DNA of 64,000 nt from assembly GCF_040938485.1 (NCBI RefSeq), contig NW_027270902.1, positions 1,364,001 through 1,428,000 of the forward strand. The letters are read 5' to 3'. Of the stretch, positions 62,001 to 64,000 are shown one piece after another. Each line of letters begins with the position of its first letter. Within the stretch, counting starts at the first letter, position 1. Under the pieces are notes generated by a model. That model made no database searches. It was not told the DNA's origin and saw only the letters and a program-made list of their open reading frames with translations. Made by a program: the position numbers and the translations under genes. Origin of the DNA: Diadema antillarum. Lineage: Eukaryota.

Positions 62001-63608
62001 TATGCAAAACTAATTCCTTTCATTCTTATATACCATACTCTGGTCATGAATAGCTTATATATTTTATCCACAGTGGTTAGCATCTGACTATATATGACTG
62101 TCACACATTGTCTGAAGTGTCGGTAAATATTCAACTGCTGCAAGTACAATTAAATGTGAAGTAGTATGGTACAATGCAGAAAACTTTCATCGGGTGGGAA
62201 GATCATACAATAGGAGATTTAGGCTTCTACCAACCTTTAGTGACTTGCTGGCTAGCTTTCGTCCTCTCCTGTGGATTTCTTCAGGCCAAGTGTCAGAGAA
62301 ACGGTACAATCACTTGGCCTGAAGAAGTCCACAGGAGTAGACAAAAGCTAGCCAGCAAGTCATGTACGGTTTGTAGAAGCCTAAATCTCCTATTGTAGTA
62401 TGGTACAAGAAATGTAAGAATAACATTCAGTTCCAAGCCTTGATAGTTATAGCTCTACATGAAATATGTATTTATTGTCAAGTGAGGATACAAATGTTAA
62501 CTCTCTGGACTCTGGTCTTAATGTTTGTGTGACCAGCAAGTGATCCAGCACCAGGTAGCAGAGAGTCGGATTGAGCTGGACATGGCCAGGCTACTGGTGC
62601 TCAAGGCGGCCCACATGCATGACAAGTTTGGCTCCCGGAGAGCCAGGAAGGAGGTGAGGAGAATACTTTGTCTCCACTGAACCAAGCCCAGCCCACACAG
62701 GGCATGGCTTCCCTATGATGTAGAAACCCCATCTATATCTGATGTCTTAATGAACTGGTATCAGTTCTTGACTCTTTGATTGTTTAATAGGACGACACTC
62801 CCAGTTTTAATTCAGTTTTATGCTGAAGATTTCCTTTCCAAAAGTCATATCTTTTACATTATTAAAGTGTACATACAATGTAGCTCCATCTAAGGAGTCT
62901 TTAGCCTTCATTTGTCATGAGGCACATCTGATGATCAGCAGAAAGTAGCAGAGAAGTATAAATCATATTTCGTCCCGCACTAGATGACCAATTTTTGTGA
63001 GGTTACAACTAAGCACCTGGTAGTAAAGTCTCTCAGAGTTAGAAGCACGAATTCACAGCATTGCACAGGCTATTGTCATCAAAGAGGACCTCTTTTATTG
63101 ACACATGAATAAGATATCGTGAAGCTGATAAAGGGGGAATTAGAAAAATCTATTTCACTCAAGTGTGGGAGAGAAAATTGATATTGTTTAATTTGTTGCT
63201 GATGAGTCTGTGGATATGCAGAATACTTTTCTAGATGCTTCACCAAATCCATCTCTTTTTTACCAGTTTTCTCATTCTTATGGTATTCTAGCTTAATTCC
63301 TTTTTTTTTGACAAATATTCCTTGTATCATGTCACAAGGTCAGTTAACACTACTTCATAGCAATGCGTTCCTTGCTGTCTTTGCTCCAGATTGCGATGAT
63401 CAAGATTGTGGTGCCTCGCATGGCTTGTGGTGTCATAGACCGTGCCATCCAGGTTCATGGTGGCGGTGGGGTGAGTGATGACTTCCCCCTGGCTGGGTTC
63501 TATGCCTGGGCTCGCTCCCTCAGACTGGCCGATGGTCCTGATGAGGTTCACTTATCCGTTGTAGCCAGACTAGAGCTGAAGGAGCAGTTTAATAAGTCCA
63601 TGCTGTAA
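44015..63608 (+). CDS. ACAD11: ACAD11-type protein (aminoglycoside-phosphotransferase-like kinase domain fused to acyl-CoA dehydrogenase), 786 aa. Exons 44015-44142, 47325-47424, 48788-48913, 49442-49603, 50452-50628, 51157-51283, 52629-52780, 53478-53584, 54981-55134, 55949-56017, 56421-56559, 57796-57903, 59025-59123, 59897-59963, 60433-60518, 61124-61192, 61581-61735, 62537-62653, 63390-63608
   Basis: Kinase motifs [37 protein letters not shown] and [16 protein letters not shown] motifs [55 protein letters not shown] and [11 protein letters not shown]...DGPDEVH. The 19 exons sum to 2361 nt in frame. There is no N-terminal HAD domain, so it is ACAD11-like rather than ACAD10-like. Confidence 0.95.
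44310..45410. mobile_element. ~1.1-kb non-autonomous element (PIF/Harbinger-like) in ACAD11 intron 1
   Basis: gctgacacttgcacga on the left mirrors tcgtgcaagtgtcagc(ctagctttaa) on the right. Many internal cacga/tcgtg repeats. Confidence 0.6.
45947..46386. mobile_element. MITE with ttaaaggg...ccctttaa ends (family copy 2), in ACAD11 intron 1
   Basis: TIR ttaaagggatgg / ccatccctttaa. Shares internal sequence with 12261-12642. Confidence 0.8.
49219..49311 (+). mobile_element. 93-bp TTAA-flanked piggyBac-type MITE
   Basis: ttaacccgttgaggat...cctcaacaggttaa with the internal palindrome cctgagtatactcagg. Confidence 0.85.
51334..51426 (+). mobile_element. 93-bp TTAA-flanked piggyBac-type MITE
   Basis: ttaacccgttgaggacg...cgtcctcaacgggttaa (perfect TIR). 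Confidence 0.9.
52204..52402. repeat. (GATA)n-type imperfect microsatellite
   Basis: Degenerate tagatagatagg arrays ending in pure (gata)n. Confidence 0.95.
53034..53202 (-). mobile_element. 93-bp MITE copy interrupted by a 78-bp insertion
   Basis: The left and right halves match the family. Insert 53092-53169 ends in (GAA)n and is flanked by duplicated gagtat. Confidence 0.75.
55229..55321 (-). mobile_element. 93-bp TTAA-flanked piggyBac-type MITE
   Basis: Reverse-orientation copy with cccgagtatactcggg. Confidence 0.85.
56738..57040 (-). mobile_element. ~300-bp MITE with CAGAGACTCCAAC termini, copy 2, with 6-bp target duplication
   Basis: tcttac|CAGAGACTCCAAC ... GTTGGAGTCTCTG|tcttac. Confidence 0.88.
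57259..57500. mobile_element. TA-flanked MITE with CTGTA...TACAG ends
   Basis: tactgtatacgcc ... ggcgtatacagta. Confidence 0.8.
57563..57678. mobile_element. ~115-bp hairpin MITE
   Basis: ggtgttgcaagaaagt ... actttcttgcaacacc, flanked by taa/tta. Confidence 0.7.
58676..58886. mobile_element. TA-flanked MITE with CTGTA...TACAG ends
   Basis: tactgtaaaac ... gttttacagta, with internal ttcgcg repeats. Confidence 0.8.
59279..59444 (-). mobile_element. ~165-bp GC-rich MITE, second copy
   Basis: caggggtggatcc ... ggatccgccactg. The reverse complement aligns to 12645-12811. Confidence 0.7.
59981..60073 (-). mobile_element. 93-bp TTAA-flanked piggyBac-type MITE
   Basis: Reverse-orientation copy starting 17 nt after the ACAD11 exon 14 donor. 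Confidence 0.85.
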
Positions 63609-63947
63609 TCACAGCTTCCTCATACCTGTACCCAAGGATGTGATCTATGTTGTCTGCTTAGTTTTGCTTCGATCCATCTGTCTGCTCCAAACTGTTATGT
63701 CTTCCATTGGAACTATTGTAATCACCTGTTTTCTTGTTTTTGCTTCAACTCTTGTTTTTTTAACTCTTCTAACTGTAAGAAAGCTTTGCTGTAACCAAGT
63801 TAAGACATACCAAGCCAAATGTATCATAGGTGCACTTTGAAGATTAATGTCAATGTTTCATCATATTCATGTTCCAAAGACTTCAATATTGCAATCAAAA
63901 TAATTTTCACAGTTATTGTGAAACCATATACTTTCACACTGAAAAGA

Positions 63948-63953
63948 AATAAA
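63948..63953 (+). terminator. Possible polyadenylation signal (AATAAA) of ACAD11
   Basis: AATAAA about 340 nt after the ACAD11 stop codon. Confidence 0.4.
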
Positions 63954-64000
63954 TCAGATCGTAAAGTTGTCATATTAACAAGCAGTCTTCGTTAGATGTG

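Noticed and set aside
44015-63608. Calling the gene ACAD10
   Set aside because: There is no HAD-like N-terminal domain and no room for one before the divergent TSFM start; length and C-terminus fit ACAD11.

Overview
AT-rich, intron-rich animal genomic DNA, probably a marine invertebrate (echinoderm-like; this is inference from gene and repeat style only), with one 143-nt N gap. Three spliced housekeeping genes were reconstructed by hand with GT-AG junctions and consistent intron phases. (1) Guanylate kinase GUK1 (+, 13333-26004). (2) Mitochondrial elongation factor Ts TSFM (-, 43534-36490, 8 coding exons, 356 aa). (3) ACAD11-type kinase/acyl-CoA dehydrogenase fusion (+, 44015-63608, 19 exons, 786 aa). 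TSFM and ACAD11 are head-to-head, with start codons 480 bp apart. The most notable observation is that GUK1 has two homologous but strongly diverged alternative last exons (23251-23372 and 25871-26004), predicting two enzymes with different C-terminal strand/helix. Other leads are a triple 26-bp E-box plus palindrome repeat in the shared promoter, a candidate box C/D-type RNA near 10.2 kb, a 2.8-kb Tigger-like element carrying a higher-order satellite, and a possible decayed GPCR fragment near 1.6-2.2 kb. Introns and intergenic DNA are crowded with non-autonomous DNA transposons (MITEs), one LINE 3' fragment and microsatellites. Most ORFs in the supplied track are non-coding artefacts. All coordinates were counted by eye and no database search was run.
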